NCBI GenBank assembly: GCA_001002285.1
Contig: LCLX01000001.1
Span: 258,302 to 314,894, forward strand
Source of the DNA: Microgenomates group bacterium GW2011_GWC1_46_15
GTDB taxonomy: Bacteria; Patescibacteriota; Microgenomatia; UBA1400; UBA12028
DNA length: 56,593 nt
Reading direction: 5' to 3'
Positions 43,675 to 53,783 of the stretch are shown piece by piece (positions within the stretch are counted from its first letter, which is position 1; each line of letters begins with the position of its first letter). A program made the translations under genes and the position numbers. The notes beneath the pieces are model-generated. The model worked only from the letters and a program-made list of their open reading frames with translations, made no database searches and was not told the origin of the DNA.

Positions 43675-44994
43675 CTACTGGTAAATCTCTGGCGTTCCAC
43701 CCTCGAACAGCAACACAGTATCTGCCTTGAAAAAGGTGGAGAGTACGCGGACCGCATCGTTTTCATTCTTTGCTGTAAAGAAAGACCGCTTGGGAAACTT
43801 CTTTTTCTCCAATCCTTTTTGAATTGCAGAAAGATTCGATGCTCCGGTCACACAAATAATGGTTGCAACCTCCGCAAGCTGTCCCCCCAACATTTCGTTG
43901 TACATTGCTTGTTTCTCTCCCATTTCGACAAACCCCGGGGTTACTACAATCTTTATTTTTCCTGGAATTTCTTTAAGCACAGCAAATGATTCTTTCACAG
44001 AGTCGGGATATGAGTTATATCCGTTATCTAAAATAAGCATACCGCTCTCGGTTGAAATCGGCTGAAGCCTGTGTAATACGGGTTGAAGCGAAGCAAATGT
44101 GTTGATGATGTCCCACGGCTGAAGACCAAGTTTTTCCGCGATCCAAAAGCTTGGGAGGATGTTCACAATGTTATGTTTGCCGAACAGTGGAACAAAAATA
44201 TCGTAGTTTGCATTGTTGACTGCGAGCGTGCACGATGTTCCGCTTCGCGTAACGCGGACATGTGAAATATCAAACGCGGAGTTCGGAAAAAATCCATAAA
44301 ATGAAACGCGTGGTGTTTTGAGTTTTTCTGGAATGATTGTGATGTTTTGATCGTGGCTTAACACGGGAATAGGAAGAGTTGTAATGAGTTCTGTTTCTGC
44401 TTCTACTACGTTTTCAAACGAACCAAACCGTTCCAAATGTTCTGCGCCGATGGGTGTTAAAATCCCATAATTTGGATGGACAAACCGCACTAGTTGTGCA
44501 ACATCACCTTTTTGGTACGCGCCAAGTTCAACAATAAAAATGCGGTGAGTATTTTTCAGATTTTTTAAAATGGTGAGCGCGATCCCTAAAGACGTATTGA
44601 CGCTGTCGGGTGTTGCAAGAACAGAAAGATATGGAGAAAGTGTTTGTGCGAGCAGATGTTTTGTAGACGTTTTTGCATAACTTCCAGCGATGGCGATGAT
44701 AACTAAGCCGCGGTGTTGAAACGCTTGGAGTTTAAGTTGCGCGAGCACCGAAATGATTCCCCGGATTATTGTTTCGGGAATGAGAACGAGTGTGAGGGCG
44801 ATGCGGAGTGTTGTTTGTGGGGCAAGGAAAACAGAAAGCGGTGCGGAGAGCAGAAACATGAGCCAGTACTTTGCTGTTTTTTTCCTTGGTTGAACTTCAG
44901 CGTGGTCACCCGTATGTTTTTTGCACCACGCCCAATACCTTTTCCAGTCGTACTCTGCCTGCTGAAGGATGGCAAGGTGTGTGTGAAGCGTCAT
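43675..44994 (-). CDS. murF: Mur ligase family protein, MurF-like, with non-canonical hydrophobic N-terminal region
   Basis: P-loop region IAIAGSYAKTSTKHLL (Ala where Mur ligases normally have the GK Gly), central and C-terminal Mur ligase domains (NILPSFWIAEKLG, VTPGFVEMGE). ATG 44994 forms an ATGA overlap with the upstream hydrolase stop; the ORF track uses TTG 45006. Confidence 0.78.
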   Translation of the reverse strand: MTLHTHLAILQQAEYDWKRYWAWCKKHTGDHAEVQPRKKTAKYWLMFLLSAPLSVFLAPQTTLRIALTLVLIPETIIRGIISVLAQLKLQAFQHRGLVIIAIAGSYAKTSTKHLLAQTLSPYLSVLATPDSVNTSLGIALTILKNLKNTHRIFIVELGAYQKGDVAQLVRFVHPNYGILTPIGAEHLERFGSFENVVEAETELITTLPIPVLSHDQNITIIPEKLKTPRVSFYGFFPNSAFDISHVRVTRSGTSCTLAVNNANYDIFVPLFGKHNIVNILPSFWIAEKLGLQPWDIINTFASLQPVLHRLQPISTESGMLILDNGYNSYPDSVKESFAVLKEIPGKIKIVVTPGFVEMGEKQAMYNEMLGGQLAEVATIICVTGASNLSAIQKGLEKKKFPKRSFFTAKNENDAVRVLSTFFKADTVLLFEGGTPEIYQ

Positions 44995-45761
44995 ATCTTC
45001 ATCCAAGATTGTACATACTCAAGAACTGCTTCTGTTTGTTCAATATGCGGGAAATGACCAGCCTGTTTCACGATAAGGAGCGTGCTTTTTGGAATGGTTT
45101 TGTGAAATACTTCCGCGTGCGCGACTTGCGCGGACGTATCGTGGTCACCCCATATAATGAGCGTGGGAATCGTAATGTTTTTCAACTCAGTGGTAATATC
45201 TTCCGGCAGAACTTTGCGGAGTGTTTTTTGCTGAAACGGAGTTGCGTATGCGTAATCTGTTTCGCCAATCACTTTTTCATAAAACTTTCTTACGAATGCG
45301 TGAGGCAGTACCTTTTTTACTACACCGGGAACCGCTTTTGTGATGCCCGATAGGACAACATTTTTCTTTGTCATGGCGTTTGGAATTCCGCTTGGTCCAA
45401 TCAGAATAAGCCGTTTTGGTTTTTGATCCTTCGTATGGGGCGATACGCAAAACACTGCGCCGATTTTCCCACCAAATGAATGGCCGATTAGTGTGTAGGT
45501 CTTATTTTTTGTGAACTCAGAAAGAAATCCAGAAAGCCAGTGCGCGTAGTCCTGCGTTGTCCATCCTTCACTCTGTGGTTCATCACTTTTTCCAAACCCT
45601 GGCAAGTCGGGGATTAACAACGCGTGGTGTTTTGAGAGCTCTGGAATGAGAGGACTCCAGGCTTCCCACCTATTTGCCCAGCCGTGAAGCAAGACCAATA
45701 ACGGTCCTTTGCCGATGAGCTGATAGTACGTGCGAACCCCGTCTGAGATTTGATACGGCAT
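44991..45761 (-). CDS. alpha/beta-fold hydrolase
   Basis: HG motif LVLLHGW, nucleophile elbow LIGHSFGG, and C-terminal AGHFPHIEQ. Confidence 0.85.
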   Translation of the reverse strand: MPYQISDGVRTYYQLIGKGPLLVLLHGWANRWEAWSPLIPELSKHHALLIPDLPGFGKSDEPQSEGWTTQDYAHWLSGFLSEFTKNKTYTLIGHSFGGKIGAVFCVSPHTKDQKPKRLILIGPSGIPNAMTKKNVVLSGITKAVPGVVKKVLPHAFVRKFYEKVIGETDYAYATPFQQKTLRKVLPEDITTELKNITIPTLIIWGDHDTSAQVAHAEVFHKTIPKSTLLIVKQAGHFPHIEQTEAVLEYVQSWMKI

Positions 45762-45779
45762 ATGCGCCTAGTACTCTGT

Positions 45780-45788
45780 ATTATACCA
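45780..45788 (-). promoter_or_regulatory. extended -10 promoter (minus strand) of the hydrolase-murF-ddl unit
   Basis: The complement reads TGgTATAAT, 18 nt upstream of ATG 45761. Confidence 0.45.
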
Positions 45789-45858
45789 GGGAAAACAGGA
45801 AAAATGATGAGGAAAACGCATCTTGCGCAGATGGTCATTTTGGCTTATGGTACAGTGT

Positions 45859-46473
45859 ATGAAAAGGTTGATTCTTTTTGGCATTTCAATGATTGCGTTA
45901 AGTGGTTGTTCTCTGGTAAAACAAAAGACACCAACTGCTACGCCGACGCCAAGTACGGTACAGGCAGTTCAACCAACGCCGGTTCCAACTCCGGAAGCCT
46001 CGACTATTCCAGATACAAACATAGCAACACAAGGAGGAACTGTGGAAAAAACAATACCAAAGCAGGCAACGATTAAAACATCGAAAGGCGAGATTGTTGT
46101 TGAGTTGTACCCAACAGATGCGCCAAACACGGTGCAGAATTTTTTAGCAAAGACAAAAAGCGGCTACTACACCAATCTCACGTTCCACCGTGTGGAAAGC
46201 TGGGTAATCCAAGGCGGCGATCCGGTTGGAAATGGAACCGGCGGTGGCAAGATGCCAACCGAACTAAGTGCTCGCAAGTTTGAAATCGGAAGCTTGGGTG
46301 TCGCGCGTGGAGGAGATATTAACGTAAGCAACGATAGCCAGTTCTTCATCTGTACGGATGATTGTAGTTGGCTCACCGGCCAATACACCAACTTTGGCAA
46401 GGTGACCAAAGGTATGGATGTGGCAAAGAAAATGGCGGTTGGAGACAAAATTCTCGGCATTACGGCAAAATAA
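45859..46473 (+). CDS. cyclophilin-type peptidyl-prolyl cis-trans isomerase, lipoprotein
   Basis: Lipobox MIALSGC. FHRVESWVIQGGDPVGNGTGG cyclophilin core. Confidence 0.9.
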   Translation: MKRLILFGISMIALSGCSLVKQKTPTATPTPSTVQAVQPTPVPTPEASTIPDTNIATQGGTVEKTIPKQATIKTSKGEIVVELYPTDAPNTVQNFLAKTKSGYYTNLTFHRVESWVIQGGDPVGNGTGGGKMPTELSARKFEIGSLGVARGGDINVSNDSQFFICTDDCSWLTGQYTNFGKVTKGMDVAKKMAVGDKILGITAK

Positions 46474-46481
46474 CTTTTCCT

Positions 46482-46490
46482 TGGTATCAT
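46482..46490 (+). promoter_or_regulatory. extended -10 promoter placed for a leaderless transcript
   Basis: TGgTATCAT, then 6 nt (GGAATC), then ATG 46497. No SD. Confidence 0.5.
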
Positions 46491-46496
46491 GGAATC

Positions 46497-48095
46497 ATGA
46501 GATTGTGGAAGATTTCTTCTTTTGTTGCGTTTATCGCATATGCAGGAGTTTCGATCGTCTTTCTTTTTCCTATACTTCGCCATCCTTTTTCTACTCTTTT
46601 TGATCCATATGATGGTTTGTTTATTACTTGGACGATGGACTGGGTTATCCGCGCGTTCACCACGGTGCCAACGCTCCTTTTTCATGCGCCAATTTTTTCC
46701 CCGTACCGCTACGCATTAACTTTTTCAGACCCTATGTTTACCGGAGCGCTTCTCGCATTGCCGTTTGTCCTTTTGACACACCAACCAATAATCGCGAGCA
46801 CAATCAATCTTTTTCTTGCCACGATGTTTACGGCGTGGTTTAGTTTTCTCTTTTTGAACATACATCTCGGTGACGCGAAAGCGGCTTTTTTAGGCGGACT
46901 TTACGCAGGGTTTTCTGTGACACATCTTCACTATCTTGGCCACCTTCACACGTATATGGTGCAGTTTATTCCACTCGGCATGTACGCGTGGATGAGATTT
47001 GCGCGGGAAGAAAAACTCCGGTGGCTCATTCTTTTAGCGGTATGTTTTTTTGCGCAGGTGATAAATAGTCCTTTCACGGGATATGTTTTTATCGGTGTAT
47101 TGAGCATATTTCTGTTTGAAAAAAAATCACGCAGTATGATGAAAAAATACTGGAAAAAAATTGGTGTAATAGCATTTGTCACACTGGGAATCACGGCTCT
47201 TATCTATCTTCCGTATATATACTCTGCGAAACTGTATAACTCCTACCGCACGATCCGTGATGCGGCGCATTTTTCACTCTCTATAGATGAACTGTTTGAT
47301 AAACAAAGAATATCGATGCTCGCAGTTGTTATTTTTTTGTGGTCAGCACACATTTTTATTGGCAAAAAAAGGTGGAAAGACTCTTTTTTATGTGGCACTA
47401 TTATCGTTGCGTGTGCTGGAATGGTTTTAGCGCTTGGTCCCGCGCTCAAATTTCAAACAAAAACGGTAAAAATTCCTTTTCCCATCTCTTTTCCTATTCC
47501 GCTTCCATACGCGGTACTGTATGAGATTGCTCCTGGGTTCCGTGCGTTCCGCACGCCCTCGCGTTGGCTTGTTCTCACGCATTTTTCTTTGGCAATACTG
47601 TTGGCGTACATGACGCACGGTATGTCACGGCGAAGGTGGATTATGCTTGCCGTTGTTCTCTCTGCAACATTTTATCTAGAGTCTCAACAGCTGCGCCATA
47701 CCGGTCGATTTTCACCAACTCCGCCGCCCGTGTACACTTGGCTCCAGCAGATGCGCTATACCTCGGTTGCCCACGTTCCAACCTATCTCTATACCATGGG
47801 GAGTTTTGGACAGAAAGAGGTCGAGCGCATGGTGTACAGCCTTGATGGTGTGCCGGGATACGCACTGTACAATGGTTATAGTGGATTTGCCCCGAGGGAA
47901 AGGGTTGATATGTATGGGAAAATTTTTACAGAATTTCCATCGGAAGAAACAATACGGGAACTACAGCGTTCTGGGGTTCAGGCAGTTGTCCTTCATCTTG
48001 ATGAAATGAAACCGGACGCGGTTGACCGGGCGGAAAAACTGACACTACCGGTTGTATATCGGGATGCCATAACAAAAGTGCTGGAGATTCAATGA
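46497..48095 (+). CDS. large polytopic membrane protein, GT-C-like (putative envelope glycosyltransferase)
   Basis: 532 aa with about 12 TM helices and a soluble C-terminal domain. N-terminal LFDPYDGLFITWTMDW loop. Start set from promoter geometry; the ORF track runs back to 46368 inside the PPIase gene. Confidence 0.62.
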   Translation: MRLWKISSFVAFIAYAGVSIVFLFPILRHPFSTLFDPYDGLFITWTMDWVIRAFTTVPTLLFHAPIFSPYRYALTFSDPMFTGALLALPFVLLTHQPIIASTINLFLATMFTAWFSFLFLNIHLGDAKAAFLGGLYAGFSVTHLHYLGHLHTYMVQFIPLGMYAWMRFAREEKLRWLILLAVCFFAQVINSPFTGYVFIGVLSIFLFEKKSRSMMKKYWKKIGVIAFVTLGITALIYLPYIYSAKLYNSYRTIRDAAHFSLSIDELFDKQRISMLAVVIFLWSAHIFIGKKRWKDSFLCGTIIVACAGMVLALGPALKFQTKTVKIPFPISFPIPLPYAVLYEIAPGFRAFRTPSRWLVLTHFSLAILLAYMTHGMSRRRWIMLAVVLSATFYLESQQLRHTGRFSPTPPPVYTWLQQMRYTSVAHVPTYLYTMGSFGQKEVERMVYSLDGVPGYALYNGYSGFAPRERVDMYGKIFTEFPSEETIRELQRSGVQAVVLHLDEMKPDAVDRAEKLTLPVVYRDAITKVLEIQ

Positions 48096-49873
48096 AAAAA
48101 ATCATTCCCATACTGCTTGCCATCGCAGTGCTTTATGTTGCATTGGTGGGAGTTCTTGTAAGCACACTTGTTTTCCAACTCCGCGCCGCATACATACACG
48201 TTCGCGCGCATCGTTTTGTCGAAGGTGCAAACATAGCTCCGCGTATCACAAACACATTTGGATTTTTTGATACTGCGACACTTCACATTGTTCATAACGA
48301 AGTGGTGTTAGCAAAACAAGTGATGCAAACAATTCAACACGACCTCATTTGCGCTGATGATGGGATGAACTACTTCCGCTCTGCGACAACTCAATCTATA
48401 GATTCTGCCAAAACATTTTCTCCGGACATGTGGGAAAACATGCGCGCGTGCGTTCGGGAAAGCAAGCAAACACTGCAAGACGTTCAGAAGCACCGCACGG
48501 TTTTTGGTCTCCTTCCAAAGAATATCAAAGACGCGATGATGAAGTTTCAAACTTCTTCAGCAGACATCGATAAAGCGCTTACCCTATTTCCAGAGTTAAT
48601 GAAAAAGCCACACTCTCAATATCTCGTTCTTCTACAAAACAACATGGAGTTACGTCCAACGGGCGGTTTTTTGGGTTCGTTTGCGGTGATGAATCTTGAG
48701 TATGGAAACATAAAAAACATTGAAGTTCAGGATATTTATGTGCCCGATGGTCAACTCAAAGGCTATGTTCCTCCTCCGGCGCCGGTTGCAAAATATCTTT
48801 TCCAAACGGGTGGATGGCATCTGCGGGATGCGAACTGGGATCCTGATTTTCCAACTGCCGCTCAAACTTTGCAGTGGTTTTTCAATAAAGGAGGATATGC
48901 GCAAAATGATGGGATCATCGCGACAAACTTTTCGTTGTTTCAGCAGATTTTGGACGTAATGGGTCCCATATATCTGCCCGATTATGGACAAACCGTTTCC
49001 GCGGAAAATATTTATGGATTCACGCAGGTGCAAACAGAAAAATCATTTTTCCCAGGATCTATCCAAAAACAATCCATTTTGGGAAACGTGGCACGGGCAG
49101 TATTGCGCGATCTCCCCCAGCTTTCTCCAGAAAAACAACTCCGCATATTTGAGATTGTTCTTCAAAGTCTGAACTCAAAAGATATGATGATTTGGGTGAA
49201 GGATAGTGAGAAGCAAAGTCAGATTAAAGAAGTTGGATGGGATGGTGGTGTTCGCGAATTGAAATGTTCTTTAAAGAACTGTATTGTGGATAATCTTTTT
49301 GTTGTTGAAGCAAACGTTGGGATTAATAAGACAAACTGCTGTGTTGACCGGCTGGCATCGTATGACGTATGGATTGCAGAAGATGGATCAGTTACCACAA
49401 CGCTAGAACTTGCATACGATAATCATAATCCGGGAGAAGTTCTTCCTCCGCGGACGTATGGAGGTGGATACAGCGTATACCTTCGTATGTTAAAAAATAC
49501 TCCATTTACACTTACCTCTATTGAGCGTGACAGAGTATTGATCTCGCAATCAGATATTACACGCACACCGCGGTCATCATCCACGCTTCAAGAATATGGG
49601 TTTCAAACATTGATTAATGGTGGAGAGAAAGGTGTCGTTTTAGCGCGTTTTGAGTCTCCGCAACGCGTTGATCTCACTAAAACGGTGGTGTATGCTCTGC
49701 TCATTCAGCGTCAGCCTGGGCTTCTCACAAACGAGTATATAGTCCGATTTCACTACCCGCCAAGTGTTACGGTCTCTTTGCAAGATGAACATGAAGAAAA
49801 AAGTGGTGTTGTCGAAGTGAAAAAAATAATAAAGGAAAACACGCAGATTCAAGTAGTTATTCATCCACAATAA
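48092..49873 (+). CDS. DUF4012 domain protein
   Basis: LVLLQNNMELRPTGGFLGSFAVMNLEYGNIKNIEVQDIY is the DUF4012 signature. N-terminal TM. ATGA overlap with the upstream gene. Confidence 0.8.
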   Translation: MKKIIPILLAIAVLYVALVGVLVSTLVFQLRAAYIHVRAHRFVEGANIAPRITNTFGFFDTATLHIVHNEVVLAKQVMQTIQHDLICADDGMNYFRSATTQSIDSAKTFSPDMWENMRACVRESKQTLQDVQKHRTVFGLLPKNIKDAMMKFQTSSADIDKALTLFPELMKKPHSQYLVLLQNNMELRPTGGFLGSFAVMNLEYGNIKNIEVQDIYVPDGQLKGYVPPPAPVAKYLFQTGGWHLRDANWDPDFPTAAQTLQWFFNKGGYAQNDGIIATNFSLFQQILDVMGPIYLPDYGQTVSAENIYGFTQVQTEKSFFPGSIQKQSILGNVARAVLRDLPQLSPEKQLRIFEIVLQSLNSKDMMIWVKDSEKQSQIKEVGWDGGVRELKCSLKNCIVDNLFVVEANVGINKTNCCVDRLASYDVWIAEDGSVTTTLELAYDNHNPGEVLPPRTYGGGYSVYLRMLKNTPFTLTSIERDRVLISQSDITRTPRSSSTLQEYGFQTLINGGEKGVVLARFESPQRVDLTKTVVYALLIQRQPGLLTNEYIVRFHYPPSVTVSLQDEHEEKSGVVEVKKIIKENTQIQVVIHPQ

Positions 49874-49895
49874 CAATAAAAATGTTATAGAAGCG

Positions 49896-49924
49896 TTGCG
49901 GTACGAATAATTGTGCGCTATGCT
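49896..49924 (+). promoter_or_regulatory. promoter placed for a leaderless transcript
   Basis: TTGCGG (49896-49901), 17-nt spacer, TATGCT (49919-49924), then 6 nt to ATG 49931. Confidence 0.5.
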
Positions 49925-49930
49925 CAAGAT

Positions 49931-50353
49931 ATGAGTTTCGTTCGTATGTTCGCAACCGCGTGTGTGACGATATTGTTAGTTGGCGGAACTGCGTATGCGT
50001 GGCAGAATAAAACGACACTCCTTTCTCGGTTTGGGAAAAAACCACCGCAAAACACACAGCAAAACGCTGATTCTGGAAAAGACCAGAAATTGGCGTTGGA
50101 CACACAGCAGATTGGTGAGGTCCTTGGCGAGACACAAAAAAATATTGTTGATACGGTGCAAACCATTCAATCAACCGTTGGAGACACTGTTTCCCAAATC
50201 GTTACCTCCGTGACCACACAGGATCAGAAAATTGAGATTGATAAAGCCGTTCAGCAAGTTCAGCAACAAGCCGCGAACATTCCGCAGGAAATTTTTGAAA
50301 AAGCGCGGTATGAGTACTGCAAACAAGTCGTTTCGGACTACGAGAAGCGCTAA
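49931..50353 (+). CDS. membrane-anchored Q-rich protein, hypothetical
   Basis: MSFVRMFATACVTILLVGGTAYA anchor/signal, followed by a Q/T/V-rich helical region. Confidence 0.55.
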   Translation: MSFVRMFATACVTILLVGGTAYAWQNKTTLLSRFGKKPPQNTQQNADSGKDQKLALDTQQIGEVLGETQKNIVDTVQTIQSTVGDTVSQIVTSVTTQDQKIEIDKAVQQVQQQAANIPQEIFEKARYEYCKQVVSDYEKR

Positions 50354-50374
50354 ACCAGAAGCCGAAAAAGGCTT

Positions 50375-50380
50375 TATAAT
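50375..50380 (+). promoter_or_regulatory. -10 hexamer placed for a leaderless prfB transcript
   Basis: TATAAT, then 6 nt (ATCACC), then ATG 50387. No SD. Preceded by the small hairpin AAGCC-GAAAAA-GGCTT (50359-50374). Confidence 0.5.
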
Positions 50381-50386
50381 ATCACC

Positions 50387-51484
50387 ATGAGTTTTGATCA
50401 GCATCTTCTCCAGAGTATTGAGGAGCTTCGTGCCCGTGAGGCCGCGATTATGAAAAAAAGCGGTCGTGCGGATAAAGAGGCTCGGCTTGCCATGCTCGAA
50501 GCAAAAACTTCAGATGCTCATTTTTGGGATACCGCGGAAGAAGCAAAACAAACGTTGCAGGAAGTTGCGCAGATTCGGGATAAGCTTGCGTCGTTGGATG
50601 AACTAGCAAAAAAAGGAAAAGACGTTAGCGCGTACATTGATCTCAATGCCGAGTCCACAGACGACTCGCTTGTTGCCGATGTAGAGCACTCGCTTCAGCA
50701 GTACCGTTCCGCGCTCGATCAACTCGAATTGTTGTTTTATTTTTCTGGGAAGTACGATCGGTTTCCCGCCGTATTCTCAATTCATTCAGGCCAGGGTGGA
50801 ACTGAAGCGATGGATTGGGCGAGCATGCTTCAGCGCATGTACACCCGCTACTTTGAACGCCGGGGATGGAAGTATCAGCTTGTTGACGAGTCGCGCGGTG
50901 AAGAAGCGGGGATTAAATCGTGCACATTTTTGGTATATGGCAAGTTTGCGTACGGATATATTAAAGGTGAGGCGGGAACGCATCGGTTGGTGCGGTTAAG
51001 TCCGTTCAACGCGGACAGCCTTCGTCAAACGTCATTTGCGGGTGTCGAAGTGTTACCGTTGGTGGAAGAAAACGACAAAGAAGTTGAGATTAATCCCGAT
51101 GATTTGGAGTGGCAGTTCAGCCGGGCGGGCGGGCACGGCGGACAGAACGTAAATAAAGTGAATACGGCGGTGTTGTTGAAACACAAGCCAACCGGGATAA
51201 CGGTAGAGGTACGGCAGGAACGGTATCAGGAGCAGAACAGAAAAATCGCGCTCACGTTGTTGAAATCACGTTTGGCGGAAATCGAAGAGCAAAAGTACCG
51301 TGAAGAAATGGCGCGGGTCAAAGGTGTCCATAAATTAGCCGGGTGGGGCAATCAAATCAGAAACTATGTACTGCATCCGTATCATTTAGTCAAAGACGTG
51401 CGCACGCAGATTGAAACATCGGATACGGTGGGAGTGCTTGACGGCAATCTTGATCTTTTTATTTCCGCGGAAATTAAACAGTAG
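50387..51484 (+). CDS. prfB: peptide chain release factor 2, encoded in a single uninterrupted frame
   Basis: SPF tripeptide (RLSPFNA) and GGQ ([11 protein letters not shown]). No in-frame UGA or +1 frameshift site near codon 25. Confidence 0.95.
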   Translation: MSFDQHLLQSIEELRAREAAIMKKSGRADKEARLAMLEAKTSDAHFWDTAEEAKQTLQEVAQIRDKLASLDELAKKGKDVSAYIDLNAESTDDSLVADVEHSLQQYRSALDQLELLFYFSGKYDRFPAVFSIHSGQGGTEAMDWASMLQRMYTRYFERRGWKYQLVDESRGEEAGIKSCTFLVYGKFAYGYIKGEAGTHRLVRLSPFNADSLRQTSFAGVEVLPLVEENDKEVEINPDDLEWQFSRAGGHGGQNVNKVNTAVLLKHKPTGITVEVRQERYQEQNRKIALTLLKSRLAEIEEQKYREEMARVKGVHKLAGWGNQIRNYVLHPYHLVKDVRTQIETSDTVGVLDGNLDLFISAEIKQ

Positions 51485-51535
51485 CTTTTTGTAAATCTAA
51501 GAGAATCCCCGAAGCGGACTCTTCCCTTTGCAAAA
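51485..51535 (+). repeat. copy B of the conserved post-stop hairpin motif
   Basis: CTTTTTGTAAATCTAAGAGAATCCCCGAAGCGGACTCTTCCCTTTGCAAAA aligns by eye with 13231-13275. Confidence 0.35.
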
Positions 51536-51583
51536 CAGTTGATGGTATAGTAGTGGCAGATACATAATTATAGAGGGAGGAGC

Positions 51584-52186
51584 ATGAACGACAGCACAAT
51601 GCAAAAAGTGAAGTTTACTGATGTTGAGCAGGTTCAGCCCCCCGTAAATGAAACAGTAGTACCAGTTTCTGGAGGAGGACGCGCAATGATACAATCATCG
51701 CCTATTGCCCGCATATTTTTACCGGTAGCGATTTTCGCTGTTCTCGCGGGAGTGGGGACGGGATACCTTCTTTCAACAAAACTTTCGTTTCCAACAAAAC
51801 AATCCGCGACACAGGGTGGTAAAACAACCACTCCAGTAGCACAGAGTATAAAAGTGGGAGACACGTTTGGAAGTAAAGACGACTCAACGTTCAAAGACTC
51901 GGCAGAAGGAGTCCTTCTTGTGGGTGGAGTAAACGGTGAAGGATCGTATCACGTTGTGCGCGAGGGCGGAGAAAGCCAGAATGTGTACTTGACGTCATCT
52001 GTTGTTGATCTTGGTCTTTTTGTAAACCACAAAGTGACAGTGCGCGGCGAAACATTTAAGGCGCAAAAAGCAGGATGGCTTATGGACGTTGGACAAGTAA
52101 AAATATTAGAGTTAAACGCGCAGCTTCCCGCTTGGGCGCAAAAAGCGCTGGAGAAGCAAGAAAAAAGTGCTGGCGGCAGTCAATAA
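51584..52186 (+). CDS. membrane-anchored hypothetical protein
   Basis: SD GAGGGAGGAG before ATG 51584. An alternative in-frame ATG at 51686 also has GGAGGAGGA at optimal spacing and would start right at the TM helix (IARIFLPVAIFAVLAGVG). Confidence 0.6.
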   Translation: MNDSTMQKVKFTDVEQVQPPVNETVVPVSGGGRAMIQSSPIARIFLPVAIFAVLAGVGTGYLLSTKLSFPTKQSATQGGKTTTPVAQSIKVGDTFGSKDDSTFKDSAEGVLLVGGVNGEGSYHVVREGGESQNVYLTSSVVDLGLFVNHKVTVRGETFKAQKAGWLMDVGQVKILELNAQLPAWAQKALEKQEKSAGGSQ

Positions 52187-52226
52187 ACCACGGTAGCCTG
52201 CGCCTGTTTAATGGGAATCTGCCATC

Positions 52227-52913
52227 ATGATACAGTTCGTCAATGTGACAAAGTCTTTTCCAACGGGGAATGTTGCCCTCGACGACGTGTCGTTCGATGT
52301 TGAACCCGGAGAGTTTGTGTTTATTGTTGGCGAGTCGGGAGCGGGTAAAACAACGCTCATGAGGCTACTCACAAAAGATATGGATCCGAGTCAGGGAGAA
52401 GTCTTCGTTGAGGGAAAAAATCTTTCAAAACTCAAACACCGTGATGTTCCTCAGTTGCGCAGAAATGTCGCGGTAGTGTTTCAGGATTACAAGTTATTGC
52501 CGGAAAAAACGGTGGCAGAAAATATTGCGTTGGCACTCGACATTATTGGAAAAGGAGAAAAAGAAATCGTTTCACGTATTGATGATTTGCTCAAACTTGT
52601 TGGTCTGGAAGATAAAAAACTCTTTTTCCCTCGCCAACTTTCTGGGGGCGAGGCGCAAAAGGTGAGTATCGCGCGCGCGCTGGCAATCGGTCCCAAAGTG
52701 TTGTTTGCCGATGAGCCAACCGGCAATCTCGATCACGAATCCGGTATGATGATCGCGAAGCTTCTTGAAAAAATTCACGAGTTAGGAACGACTATTTTGA
52801 TGGCAACGCACAATCTCGATATTGTCAAAGCGTTAAAAAAGCGCGAAATTCATCTGCATAAGGGTAAACTGATAAAAGATACAAAGAAAAAGAAAGTGGA
52901 GAAACATGAGTAA
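52227..52913 (+). CDS. ftsE: cell-division ABC ATPase FtsE
   Basis: Walker [10 protein letters not shown], signature [15 protein letters not shown], Walker [13 protein letters not shown]. Confidence 0.93.
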   Translation: MIQFVNVTKSFPTGNVALDDVSFDVEPGEFVFIVGESGAGKTTLMRLLTKDMDPSQGEVFVEGKNLSKLKHRDVPQLRRNVAVVFQDYKLLPEKTVAENIALALDIIGKGEKEIVSRIDDLLKLVGLEDKKLFFPRQLSGGEAQKVSIARALAIGPKVLFADEPTGNLDHESGMMIAKLLEKIHELGTTILMATHNLDIVKALKKREIHLHKGKLIKDTKKKKVEKHE

Positions 52914-53778
52914 GGCGCTCGTTACTGCATGGAAAAACATCCGGAGAACGCCGTATCAAGCAATCGGTGTGCTGCTTGTGCTGTTTAACACCTTTTTCTT
53001 GGGGTATGTGTACTCGATTGTGTTTTTTGGTTCTGCGCATCTTTTGCAATATGTGGAAACCCGCCCGCAAGTGATCGCGTTTTTCAAGCAGACCGCGACT
53101 GATGAGCAAATTACCCAGGTACAAAGCGAAATGATCGCGAAGCAATATGTGCAGACGGCAAAAATTACCACGAAAGATCAGGCGCTGGCCGCGTACAAGG
53201 AAAATAATAAAAAAGATCCATTGCTCTCTGAGCTGGTGACGGCTGATGTATTTCCCGCAAGCCTTGAAGTGAGTGGAAAAGAAGCGTCTTCACTCAACCA
53301 AATTCAACAAGATCTCTCCCAACATAAAGACAGTATTGATGACATTGTGTTTCAAAAAGACGTGGTGGACACGCTCGTGCGGTGGACAGCAACGATCAGG
53401 ATTGTAGGTGCGGGCATGATTAGTGTATTGCTTTTTACTTCTTTGCTCGTTGTTGCCACGATTATCAGCATGAAAGTAACAATGAAGCGGCAGGAGGTAT
53501 CGATTCTCCGGTTGCTTGGAGCAACCTCCGGGTACATTAATCTGCCGTTTCTTCTTGAAGGTGCGCTCTACGGCGTCGTAAGTTCCGTTGCCGCTTGGAT
53601 CATTGTGTTTGTTGCGATGCTGTACGCAACGCCGTGGCTCGTTGGATTCCTCGGAGACATTCCACTTCTTCCCGCTTCGCCAATCTTTTTTGTCGTTCAA
53701 CTTACTTCAGGCACACTCCTGAGCGTGCTTCTTGGCATGTTCGCGAGCTGGCTCGCCGTACGCCGCGTCATACAGTAA
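52906..53778 (+). CDS. ftsX: cell-division permease-like protein FtsX
   Basis: 8-nt overlap with ftsE. One TM helix, an extracellular domain, then three C-terminal TM helices (FtsX topology). ILRLLGAT motif. Confidence 0.88.
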   Translation: MSKALVTAWKNIRRTPYQAIGVLLVLFNTFFLGYVYSIVFFGSAHLLQYVETRPQVIAFFKQTATDEQITQVQSEMIAKQYVQTAKITTKDQALAAYKENNKKDPLLSELVTADVFPASLEVSGKEASSLNQIQQDLSQHKDSIDDIVFQKDVVDTLVRWTATIRIVGAGMISVLLFTSLLVVATIISMKVTMKRQEVSILRLLGATSGYINLPFLLEGALYGVVSSVAAWIIVFVAMLYATPWLVGFLGDIPLLPASPIFFVVQLTSGTLLSVLLGMFASWLAVRRVIQ

Positions 53779-53783
53779 ACTAG

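Noticed and set aside
45848-45856. TGgTACAGT extended -10-like element just upstream of the cyclophilin gene.
   Set aside because: It ends only 2 nt before ATG 45859, so transcription would start inside the lipoprotein signal peptide. Either it is not the promoter of this gene or the site is fortuitous.
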